Both the position numbers and the translations under genes were made by a program. A model generated the notes under the pieces. The model was not told the DNA's origin and did no database searches. It was given only the letters and a program-made list of their open reading frames with translations. Positions 54,998 to 64,000 of a DNA stretch of 64,000 bases are shown piece after piece. The stretch lies in assembly GCA_963785235.1 (NCBI GenBank), contig CAWAUM010000007.1, positions 32,001-96,000 on the forward strand, in the 5' to 3' direction. The stretch comes from an uncultured delta proteobacterium (GTDB lineage Bacteria > Desulfobacterota > Desulfomonilia > UBA1062). Position 1 is the stretch's first letter. Each line of letters opens with the position of its first letter.

Positions 54998-55713
54998 GCT
55001 CTATTTACGAAGCCCTCAAGAGGACCCAGATGAACAGGAATGTTTCGTCCAGTGCCGATGTGACTGAAGGTGTTCGGTCACCCAGGATCTACTGGATTAT
55101 CATTATGGCGATCCTTTTGAGTTCGGCACTCACCACGGCCGTGCTCTACGGTATCGGGATTATAGGCAAGGCCCGAACGGCCGGCCATGAAGTGGAACAA
55201 CCGGTCAAGGAGGATTCCAGCCGGATCATCGATCTCATGAATAAAGCAGACAGGCTGCACTCCAAGGGACAGATGACTGACGCCATCAATCTCTATTCTC
55301 AGGTCATCTCCAGGAATCCCGCATTTGTTGAGGCATACCTGAAACTCGGCAGCCTCTACTATGAGCTCAAGATCTATGATAAGGCATTTGAAACCTATAC
55401 GAGCGTTAAGAAACTTACGCCGAATGATGCGCGGTTATTGAATAATATGGGGAGTGTGCTATTAGCTAAAGGAGATCCTGCAAAGGCGTTGACATTTTTC
55501 GTCCAGGCCCGGAGATGTTCGGCAGACTATGTGGAACCTTTCTACAACATGGCCTGTGCCTATGCGAGACTGAAAAAGAATGATGCGGCGCTTTCATCTT
55601 TACGGCAGGCATGCAGCATGCAGCCTGAGGCGAGGCTATGGGCCAGGCGTGATCCGGACCTGGCTTCGCTCAAAGGCACTAAAGAATTTGAAGACATTAT
55701 TCGCGCGCAGTGA
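54994..55713 (+). CDS. Membrane-anchored TPR protein with GspB-like N-terminus
   Basis: MSSIYEALKR start, a TM helix, several TPRs, and YNMACAYA...DPDL C-terminus. Confidence 0.75.
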   Translation: MSSIYEALKRTQMNRNVSSSADVTEGVRSPRIYWIIIMAILLSSALTTAVLYGIGIIGKARTAGHEVEQPVKEDSSRIIDLMNKADRLHSKGQMTDAINLYSQVISRNPAFVEAYLKLGSLYYELKIYDKAFETYTSVKKLTPNDARLLNNMGSVLLAKGDPAKALTFFVQARRCSADYVEPFYNMACAYARLKKNDAALSSLRQACSMQPEARLWARRDPDLASLKGTKEFEDIIRAQ

Positions 55714-55729
55714 TGAATAAGGGGGGAAC

Positions 55730-57986
55730 ATGGATATTCACAGGGTCATTTCTGTTGCTGTTCTGATCTTGCTTTTGTGCGTCTCCGGGCTATGGGCCGC
55801 CAGGCTCATCCAGGATGATGTGCCTGCACCTGTACAGAAGCAGATCACGCCGAGCCAGACAAAGGCTGCAATCCCGGTAAGGCAGCCGGCCATACAGAAA
55901 TCAAAGGCCGGAACAAACAGCAGTACCCCTGGTGAGGCCCTTAACCCCCAGGAAAAGAAATCAGATTCCCGGATGAATTTGCCCCCCCAGGGTGAAACAT
56001 CAGCAACCACGGCTGACGCCACGACAAGGCAACCGATCATAAAAAACGCAGCAGACTCCGGCGGGCAGTTCATAACCATGGACTTTGACGGGGTGGATAT
56101 CAAGGTTTTTATCAAGTTCATCGCTGACATTACCGGCAAAAATTTTATCATTGATGACAAGGTTACCGGCAAGATTACCGTTATTTCTCCAAGGAAAATG
56201 TCATTGGACGAGGCTTACCGGGTATTCCTGAGTGTGCTGGAGGTGAACGGATTCGGCACTGTGGATATGGGCGGGGTGACCAAAGTTGTCAGGTCCGCAG
56301 ATGCCATAACCAAGAGCCTGGAAACCACCATGGAACCTCCGCAGCAGAAAGACGACACCATGATCACCCAGATCATCCAGCTCAAGTATGTAGATGCCAA
56401 TGACATTAAAAACCTGCTCTCGCCGCTCATGTCCAAGGCCTCATCCCAGCTCCTGTCATACCCCCAGAGCAATGTCCTGATCGTCACGGACAACAAGTCG
56501 AACATCAGGAAACTCATGGATATACTCAAGGTAGTCGATGTGGCCGGGTTTGCGCAGGAAGTGAAAATATTCCCGCTCACCTATGCCTCGGCGACGGACC
56601 TTGCATCCAAGCTCAATGACATCCTCTCCGAGGGGAAGCAGGAAGATGTGCAGCGGTTGAGGGCCATGCGCCAGCAGGATGTGGCCGGGTCGAAAACTGC
56701 AACCAAGATCATCCCCTATGAGCGGACCAATTCACTCATCGTGCTTGCGCCGCCTACTGATGTAAGTGGTATCGAAGAGCTCATAAAGAAACTCGATATC
56801 CCTACCCCATCAGGAAAAGAGGATATTCACGTATTCTATCTCCAGTATGCCAATGCAGAGGACATGGCCAAGGTCTTGACTGAAATCCCAACCCCCGAGA
56901 ACCCGGAGGCCCCGGTAGCGTCCTTGGCAGGTCAGAAGGGAGCGACACAGCAACCGTTGGCAACCAGGACAATGCCAAATACTTCACTGAAGGAAAAGAA
57001 CATCAAGATCAGCCCGGACAAGGAGACGAATTCTCTCATCATCTATGCAGACCCCTATGCCTACAAGAGCCTGATAGAGACTATCAAGTATCTCGACATC
57101 CCACGCAAACAGGTCTATGTCAAGTGCCTGATCATGGAGGTGGACACCAACCGCGACTTCAATTTCGGGGTGGAGTGGACTATTGCAAGCGATTTTAAAT
57201 ATGATGGTGATAACAAGACAGGGGCGGTGATCGGTAGAACCGGGGAAAGCTTCCTAACCAGCACCAGCAGTCTTCCTGCCGGTCCGTTGCTGGGTGTGGT
57301 CGGTGAGGCCATCACCATCAAACAAGGCAGTACGACCCTTACGCTTCCAAATATGTCCGCATTCATTCATGCAATGGCCAATGACTCGGATGTGAACGTT
57401 CATTTCCACAGCCCAGGTCCTCACCATGGACAACAAGGAGGCGGAGATCAAGGTAGGTAAGAATGTCCCTTATCTTACGAATACGACACAAGACACGGCT
57501 AATCTGAACAATACGACACGCACGTTCGATTACCGCGATGTGGGGGTTACCCTGAAGCTTACCCCGCAGATCAATCAACAAGGCGATATACGCATGAAGC
57601 TCTTCACGGAAATTTCTACTCTTGTGCAAGGCACTGGAGAGCAGCAGTTCGCCCCGACGACCCTGAAACGGTCTGCCTCCACAACGGTGAACATGCACGA
57701 CGGCACCACCATGGTCATCGGCGGTCTCATAGGTGATACCCTTTCGGTGAGCGATTACCGGGTGCCGTTTTTAGGAGACATACCCATACTGGGCTATCTG
57801 TTTAAATCCATCAGCAGGACAAAGGAGAAGACCAATCTCTATATTTTCTTCACACCCTACATCATTGACACCAATGATAAGGCGCAGGCACTATACCGAG
57901 AGAAAAGCCGTGAAGCTGAAATGATAAAAGATGCGTTGGACTCCTCCAAAAAAAATGGGAAGGCAGATGAGAAGAACAAGCCTTGA
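55730..57986 (+). CDS. gspD: Type II secretion secretin, frameshifted at about 57400
   Basis: MDFDGVDI, RTNSL, LDIPRKQV, DNKEAEIKVG, DVGVTLKLTPQI and VPFLGDIPILGYLF motifs. Confidence 0.9.
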
Positions 57987-59664
57987 GAACGTGCTGTTCG
58001 AAATGCAGCTCCTTGATGAGGCCTCACTCGAGAAGGCCAGGTCTGTCCAGAGTGAACGCGGCATTGGACTGAAAGACGCCCTGGTGCTTACCGGCGCGGT
58101 AAGCGATCATGACATGATCAGTGCGCTTTCAAGGCAGTGGGACATCCCTTCAGTCCAGACCATCAGTGCATTGGAGGTAGACCCATCCGTGCTTGACAAA
58201 CTGCCGGTGAGCTATCTCAGAAAGTACGCCATGGTCCCGGTAAGGATGCAGCAGGACACCATGATAGTGGCAGTACACGACCCTGTGGAGCAGGAGGCCT
58301 TTTTCGACATCTCGCGCATCATGCACCTCAAGGACATCAAGCGAGTACTTGCACCGAAACAGGAAATCCTGAGCGCCATCAACCGGCTCATCGAGATGAA
58401 GGATGACAGCGCAAAGGACATCATGGATGATATCGAGGAGGAAGAAGACGAGATCCTCAAAGACCTCGAAAGCATCCAGGACATCACGGCCATGGAAACC
58501 GAGGCCCCCATCATCCGCCTGGTGAACCGGCTCATGGTACAGGCGTTTCGGGAAAGGGCATCCGATATTCATGTGGAACCGTATCCCAATGACATGAAGA
58601 TCCGTTTCAGGGTGGACGGCATCCTGCACGACGTTCTGAACCTCCCCAAAAGGCTCCATCCTGCAGTGGTATCACGCATCAAGGTTATGGCGACCCTGAA
58701 CATCGCAGAGAAGCGCCTGCCCCAGGACGGCAGGATCGGCATCAAGCTCGGCGATCACTCCATAGACCTGAGGATCTCCACGGTTCCCACAGTGAACGGC
58801 GAGCGGGTCGTCATGAGGATACTCGACAAGACTTCAGTCCTGTTGGGCTTAGAAGAGCTCGGATATTATCCCGATGACCTCGCCATCATAGAGCACCTCA
58901 TAAAACAGGAGCACGGCATCATCCTGGTGACCGGGCCCACAGGTTCAGGCAAGACGACATCATTGTATTCCATGCTCAACAAGATCAATTCACCGGACAA
59001 GAACATCCTCACCATAGAAGACCCCATCGAGTACCAGCTCAAGGGTATCGGCCAGATACCGGTGAACGTGAAGGTCGGGCTCACCTTTGCCTCGGGACTG
59101 AGGTCCATAGTCCGTCAGGACCCCGATGTTATCCTGGTGGGAGAAATCCGCGACCTGGAGACTGCCGAGATCGCCATCCAGGCCGCACTCACCGGTCACC
59201 TGGTCTTTTCAACCCTGCATACCAATGATTCAGCGAGCGCCATAACAAGACTTATAGACATGGGCATTGAGCCATTCCTCGTGACCTCGTCCGTCAATGC
59301 CATTGTTGCCCAGAGGCTGGCCCGCAAGATCTGCCCTGTGTGCAAACAGCAGTACTTCCCGGAAAGCGAGACCCTTTTGGAAATAGGCCTGTCCCAGGAG
59401 ATGCTCGGCAAAGAAGGGTTTCTCTGGCGGGGAGCCGGATGCAAGGATTGCCTCGGAACAGGTTACAAGGGCAGGACCGGCATCTACGAAATCCTTACGA
59501 TCAGTGACTCCATCAAGACCACCATCCTCAAGAGCTCTGACTCCAATATCATCAAAAAACAGGGCGTGGCCGAGGGGCTCCATACACTGCGGGAAGACGG
59601 AGCGCGAAAGGTGGAGGATGGGATCACCACCATTGAAGAGGTCCTGCGGGTCACCCAGCAGTAA
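57967..59664 (+). CDS. gspE: Type II secretion ATPase
   Basis: [34 protein letters not shown] and CxxC...CxxC motifs. Confidence 0.93.
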   Translation: MRRTSLENVLFEMQLLDEASLEKARSVQSERGIGLKDALVLTGAVSDHDMISALSRQWDIPSVQTISALEVDPSVLDKLPVSYLRKYAMVPVRMQQDTMIVAVHDPVEQEAFFDISRIMHLKDIKRVLAPKQEILSAINRLIEMKDDSAKDIMDDIEEEEDEILKDLESIQDITAMETEAPIIRLVNRLMVQAFRERASDIHVEPYPNDMKIRFRVDGILHDVLNLPKRLHPAVVSRIKVMATLNIAEKRLPQDGRIGIKLGDHSIDLRISTVPTVNGERVVMRILDKTSVLLGLEELGYYPDDLAIIEHLIKQEHGIILVTGPTGSGKTTSLYSMLNKINSPDKNILTIEDPIEYQLKGIGQIPVNVKVGLTFASGLRSIVRQDPDVILVGEIRDLETAEIAIQAALTGHLVFSTLHTNDSASAITRLIDMGIEPFLVTSSVNAIVAQRLARKICPVCKQQYFPESETLLEIGLSQEMLGKEGFLWRGAGCKDCLGTGYKGRTGIYEILTISDSIKTTILKSSDSNIIKKQGVAEGLHTLREDGARKVEDGITTIEEVLRVTQQ

Positions 59665-61019
59665 TGGCCAAGCCTAAAAAAGTCTTTCGCTGCTCATCGT
59701 GCGGATTTACGCACCCACAGTTTATGGGAAGATGCACCCAGTGCGGTCTATGGAACACCCTTGAAGAAGACTTTATCGAGGAAGAGAAGAACATCAGTCA
59801 CCGCAAGACCTGCCAGGCAAGACCCATCAATCTCAAAGACATTTCGACCCAAGAATCCTGCAGGAGGGCATGCGGGATCGGCGAGCTCGACCGTGTGCTC
59901 GGCGGAGGGGTTGTTGACGGATCATTTGTGCTTATCGGTGGTGATCCGGGCATAGGCAAGTCCACGCTCATGCTCCAGATGGCACACCGGCTGGCCTCCT
60001 CAGGCATGAAGATCCTTTATGTAAGCGGTGAAGAGTCGGCCCCGCAGCTGAAGTTGCGCGCACACAGGCTGGGCATTGATTCTGACGGGATCATGGTATA
60101 CCCGGAAGTGGTCCTGGAGCGGATCAGGGATGAGATAGACGGCATGAACAGTGATATCGTCATCATCGATTCCATCCAGTCCATCTTTTCATCCTCAATA
60201 GAGGCCCCTCCCGGAGGCGTTTCGCAGATAAGGCACTGTGCCGGGATATTGATGGAGATTGCCAAGGGAAAAGGTGTGAGCGTCTTCATTGTAGGCCATG
60301 TGACAAAGGATGGCTGGATAGCCGGGCCCAAGATGCTGGAACACATGGTGGACACCGTGCTGACCTTTGAGGGCGACGATACCGGTGCATACCGTATCGT
60401 GCGCACCGTGAAGAACCGCTTCGGCACCAGCGGCGAGATCGGCGTATTCGAGATGAAGGCCAGCGGCCTTTCCGAGGTGAAAGACCCTTCATCCATTTTT
60501 ATCCATGGCCTGGGAGGAGAGGTTTCCGGCAGCGCTGTCATGGCAACCATCGAGGGCAGCAGGGCCTTTGTGGTGGAGGTCCAGGCCCTGGTGAGCAGGA
60601 CGACATTCAGCATGCCCCGCAGGATCTCCCTGGGCTCGGACCAGTCCCGCCTGGCAGTCCTCCTGGCAGTGCTTGAAAAGAGGGCAGGCATCTTTCTGGC
60701 CCAGTCGGACATCGTGGTGAACATTGCCGGCGGGTTCAAGGTCACCGAGCCTGCAGTGGACCTTGCCCTTGTCATGGCAGTGGCGTCGAGCGCATTTGAT
60801 AAACCCGTTCCCAAGGGGACGGTATTCATTGGCGAGATCGGCCTTTCCGGGGAACTCAGGCCGGTAAACCACATGGAGTCGCGCATCCGGGAGGCAATGA
60901 AAATGGGCTTCACCCAGGCTGTCATCCCTGATGCCAACCGGGATACCCTTTCAGAACAGGGCGCTATGAAGATCATCGCCTGTGAGCATGTGAAGGCAGC
61001 GTTAAAGATCCTGGCCTGA
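59664..61019 (+). CDS. radA: DNA repair protein RadA/Sms
   Basis: CSSC...CTQC zinc finger, GDPGIGKST and KNRFG motifs. Confidence 0.96.
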   Translation: MAKPKKVFRCSSCGFTHPQFMGRCTQCGLWNTLEEDFIEEEKNISHRKTCQARPINLKDISTQESCRRACGIGELDRVLGGGVVDGSFVLIGGDPGIGKSTLMLQMAHRLASSGMKILYVSGEESAPQLKLRAHRLGIDSDGIMVYPEVVLERIRDEIDGMNSDIVIIDSIQSIFSSSIEAPPGGVSQIRHCAGILMEIAKGKGVSVFIVGHVTKDGWIAGPKMLEHMVDTVLTFEGDDTGAYRIVRTVKNRFGTSGEIGVFEMKASGLSEVKDPSSIFIHGLGGEVSGSAVMATIEGSRAFVVEVQALVSRTTFSMPRRISLGSDQSRLAVLLAVLEKRAGIFLAQSDIVVNIAGGFKVTEPAVDLALVMAVASSAFDKPVPKGTVFIGEIGLSGELRPVNHMESRIREAMKMGFTQAVIPDANRDTLSEQGAMKIIACEHVKAALKILA

Positions 61020-61023
61020 GCCT

Positions 61024-61133
61024 ATTGCAAAACTCCCAGTTTGTCATTCCCGCGGAAGCGGGAATCCAGTTTTTATAAGAACTTATGGACCCCCGCCTTC
61101 GCAGGGGAGACAACTCTTTTCGAGTTTTGCAAT
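61024..61133. repeat. Composite REP/REPIN-like element
   Basis: 12-bp terminal IR (ATTGCAAAACTC/GAGTTTTGCAAT) enclosing GTCATTCCCGCGGAAGCGGGAATCCA and a degenerate inverted copy. Confidence 0.75.
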
Positions 61134-61208
61134 GAACTTGCCTGATAACTATTATTGAGACGCCTGTATACCTCTCCGAGTACATTGTTGCGGGTGGAAA
61201 AAACCTTA

Positions 61209-61259
61209 CCTGTTCAAATCATGCATCTCGGTAAAGCCGAGATGCATGATTTGAACAGG
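61209..61259. repeat. Perfect 23-bp inverted repeat with 5-nt loop
   Basis: CCTGTTCAAATCATGCATCTCGG-TAAAG-CCGAGATGCATGATTTGAACAGG. Confidence 0.85.
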
Positions 61260-61424
61260 CCAATTTTTTAGTTTGCATGTAAAAAATTAATTTTATGCAG
61301 CAATGATCTTAAGTATTTCAGTCTTTATCGTCATTGACTTTTGCCGGTTCGCCGTTAACTTTACGAATATAAAGCGGTGTAAATCAGACTCAAGGCCGAA
61401 GTTTCAGGTGACGATAAGAAATAG

Positions 61425-61772
61425 ATGAGAAGATATAACATCCAGGTAACCGTACCTTCCTCGGGGAGGTATGAAATCATCAAGGAAAACGCTAATCCAA
61501 CCGGGATCCAGGAAGAGGATTACTGGAATGAGTGCTTCACCTGGGAAGACCTTAAGGAAATAACCCCGCGTATGCGTGCGCTCAGGTGGAAACTGAAGAT
61601 CGATCCCATTGACCAGGAGGATCTGGCAGGAAAGATGCACCTGTTCCCATTCACCTACGGGGTGAACCACGAGGTGAAGATGGTCAAGATTTCCCAGATA
61701 AAGGTTATCATGACACGCGATATGGGCCTGTTAGCCTTTCCAATGCATTCCTATCATCCATTTGGATATTGA
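61425..61772 (+). CDS. Hypothetical protein (115 aa)
   Basis: Unopposed ORF with plausible composition; no motif recognised. Confidence 0.55.
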   Translation: MRRYNIQVTVPSSGRYEIIKENANPTGIQEEDYWNECFTWEDLKEITPRMRALRWKLKIDPIDQEDLAGKMHLFPFTYGVNHEVKMVKISQIKVIMTRDMGLLAFPMHSYHPFGY

Positions 61773-61865
61773 CCTGTAAACCATACCGCATCCGTCTGCA
61801 GCCTGGTCACATGAACCGGCGAATATTTCCAACCGTGCCGTTTTTCACTCAATGCTCCTAGCCGT

Positions 61866-62192
61866 TCACTTCAGCAAGATGGAAATATTAAGCCCGTATA
61901 GCTTTTCTTTAGCTGTGTCCCTGTGATAAAAGCTTGCCTTGGCATCCACCACGGAACTGATACCCAAGGCCAATCCGCAGGCAAAACCCACACCGGCCCC
62001 GACGCTCGCATAGGTGTTATAATGATCCTCTGGGTGTTTTGAGAAAAGGCTTGCAAGATATCCTGCAAAGGCACCTATGGTGATCCCCACGAGGGGGGTG
62101 GTAAAGATCGGGCCTACATCTTCGGCACTGGACCTGCAGGGCAGAAAGGCTATAGCAGACACAAGGACGAGTACGACAAGAGGCCTCTTCAT
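61866..62192 (-). CDS. Hypothetical exported/membrane protein (glycine-zipper-like)
   Basis: GGAGG RBS, signal peptide MKRPLVVLVL..., and GxxxG-rich helices. Confidence 0.65.
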   Translation of the reverse strand: MKRPLVVLVLVSAIAFLPCRSSAEDVGPIFTTPLVGITIGAFAGYLASLFSKHPEDHYNTYASVGAGVGFACGLALGISSVVDAKASFYHRDTAKEKLYGLNISILLK

Positions 62193-62918
62193 ATTCCCCT
62201 CCCTGACGTTGCTTTTCAAGGATTCGAAATGCAACATTCTTTATAATTATATAAGGGCTCCAAGGCAAAAGGAAATCAGAATTGATTCCTGAGACGGTGA
62301 TTTCACCCGAATACCCCTCCAGTTCAGATCTTCATTTGCAGTGCATGGTGAAGGCAATGAACTGGTATCGGTGGATATACATCCAGCTAAACTGTTTTCC
62401 AGGCATCATGCGTTCCAACAAACCAATGCCTAATTAACGACTTTTGCCTATATATTGGCATATGAATATTGTTTTTCCGTGTTGACCGCACACCCTTTCT
62501 ATCATCAAAACCCTTTAAAATAGGGGCATTACAATATAATCGTTCCCCGATATTTTCCCTGGCTCATATTTCGCACTCTTCCAGGTGACCTGGCCTGTTT
62601 TTATGAACCCTCCATTACCGCCGGCTTGGTGATTGGATCGAATATGTCCCGAACGCTTGATTGACCGACCCACCCGGGATCAAGATACACAAGGGCTATT
62701 CCTTTTCATGGCAGATAATCTTAAAATAGCGTTATCTGTCTGTTCGAGATATTGAAGGAGTACGAAAGGCGCAACAGCGGTAGAAATTTACGATCCACAT
62801 TATTATTTCATGGCAATGACATGAAGTGGTTTTTGCAGCTGCTCCTATTGAATTGGAAAGGCATTCACAGGACCCATCACCATGTACGAGCTTATGATCG
62901 CATGAATGGACACGGAAG

Positions 62919-64000
62919 ATGAGACGGAACACAAAACTGGTTTTTTCTGCTATCAGCGTATTGACGCTGATAGTCCTGATAACCGCATCTGTCATCATTG
63001 CGGTGTTCGCTTTTGATGAAGAAGACTCACGGGCTCTTCTCGGCTGGGCAATCAAGCAGTTCAGCGGGTATACCGTGACAATACAGGGACCGCTTTCTTT
63101 CGATCTCTCCATGACGCCGTCTCTGAAGGCTTCGAAAATTCTCATCGAACCTCCCGAGGGGACGACGTCCATGAAGATATCCCGTATCGAGAGGATTCAT
63201 GCACGTATTGCACTGTTCCCCTTGGTTCACGGGAGGATACACATCCTGAATCTCGGGGTTGATGGCGCTACCGTATCCTGGGATCCGTGGAAAAAAGAAC
63301 CCGCGTCTACCTGGAAGAAATACGAGGCCCCTGATGAGGCCACATTGAGAAATATTACCCTGCTCATACCCCCCCATGGACATATGAGCGCCTTGAATAT
63401 CTCCGCAGGCAGCCTGCAGCTTCAACATGTCCGTAAAACAAATTCTCTGCTGATCAAGGGAGCAGGCACCATAAACAACAACCCAATCAGCATCAACGGC
63501 CTTTTTGGAATGTTCGCCGCGTCTTCCAACCCGGGAAAGACCTATCCGGTGGATTTCGGTTTGCAGATAGCAGACCTGGACATGAAGATCCAAGGGACAA
63601 TCGATGATTCAAAACAGTTGCAGGGCATGCATCTGTTCGTGGACATGAAAGAACAAGAAGTTGCAACGCTCCTGCATATGCTTGGGATCTCCTCAGGCCC
63701 CATGGGGCAGGTGCATGTCAAGGCAAAGCTCGGCGGGAGCTTTGAATCACCGGGAATAACTGATATCTCCATTGTCAGTACAGGAAGCCCGCTTCTTTCA
63801 TTGTCCGTCACCGGCACCATCCCGGACCTGAAAAACGGGGACGGTGCGTTCCTGAAGATATCCGGGGCATGTACGGATAAAGCGCTTCTCCATGTTCTGT
63901 CCCCGGAGGAGTTCATGATAACGGCAATCGATTTCAAAGGGAATCTGCACGGAACCCGCCAGGGTTTAAGCGTGGAGAACGTCCATGCTTCAGCAGTTAC
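62919..64000 (+). CDS. AsmA-family protein, truncated by the window end
   Basis: ATG at 62919 opens a frame that runs to the window end: MRRNTKLVF, TM anchor, GYTVTIQGPLSFDLSMTP, IALFPLVHGRIHI. Confidence 0.7.
   Translation, partial: MRRNTKLVFSAISVLTLIVLITASVIIAVFAFDEEDSRALLGWAIKQFSGYTVTIQGPLSFDLSMTPSLKASKILIEPPEGTTSMKISRIERIHARIALFPLVHGRIHILNLGVDGATVSWDPWKKEPASTWKKYEAPDEATLRNITLLIPPHGHMSALNISAGSLQLQHVRKTNSLLIKGAGTINNNPISINGLFGMFAASSNPGKTYPVDFGLQIADLDMKIQGTIDDSKQLQGMHLFVDMKEQEVATLLHMLGISSGPMGQVHVKAKLGGSFESPGITDISIVSTGSPLLSLSVTGTIPDLKNGDGAFLKISGACTDKALLHVLSPEEFMITAIDFKGNLHGTRQGLSVENVHASAV

Noticed and set aside
60973-61185. 70-aa minus-strand ORF containing WIPASAGMT
   Set aside because: It is a translation of the REP palindrome rather than a gene.
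62750-62800. Possible c-di-GMP riboswitch (CGAAAG...CGCAA) upstream of the AsmA-like gene
   Set aside because: I could not build the required paired stems; an Rfam search would be needed.

Overview
Bacterial chromosomal window, probably from an anaerobic deltaproteobacterium (Desulfobacterota-like; inferred from gene content only). Most of it is housekeeping: dusB, selenocysteine-containing selD, an amino-acid ABC transporter, a dCMP deaminase/dcd-like/thyX operon, tig-clpP-clpX-lon-HU, tRNA-Val and tRNA-Asp, queA-tgt-yajC-secDF, panP, rsmI, hom, lipA, murI, an EF-G paralogue, a partial type II secretion cluster and radA. An accessory lipid/redox block at about 9.7-22 kb holds AOR-SCP2-ADH-SCP2, a two-component system, a class I HMG-CoA reductase paired with a stand-alone DUF2156 aminoacyl-tRNA transferase, a HAD hydrolase and a CrtI-like oxidoreductase. 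The two best candidates for undescribed biology are (i) the HMG-CoA reductase + DUF2156 pair and (ii) a sigma28-promoter-driven 88-aa protein resembling only the C-terminal helix of flagellin, convergent with a sigma28-driven membrane-anchored HDOD gene. Nine single-base indels in six genes look like sequencing errors. I saw no CRISPR array, rRNA, integrase or transposase. All family assignments come from motif recognition by eye; no database search was run.
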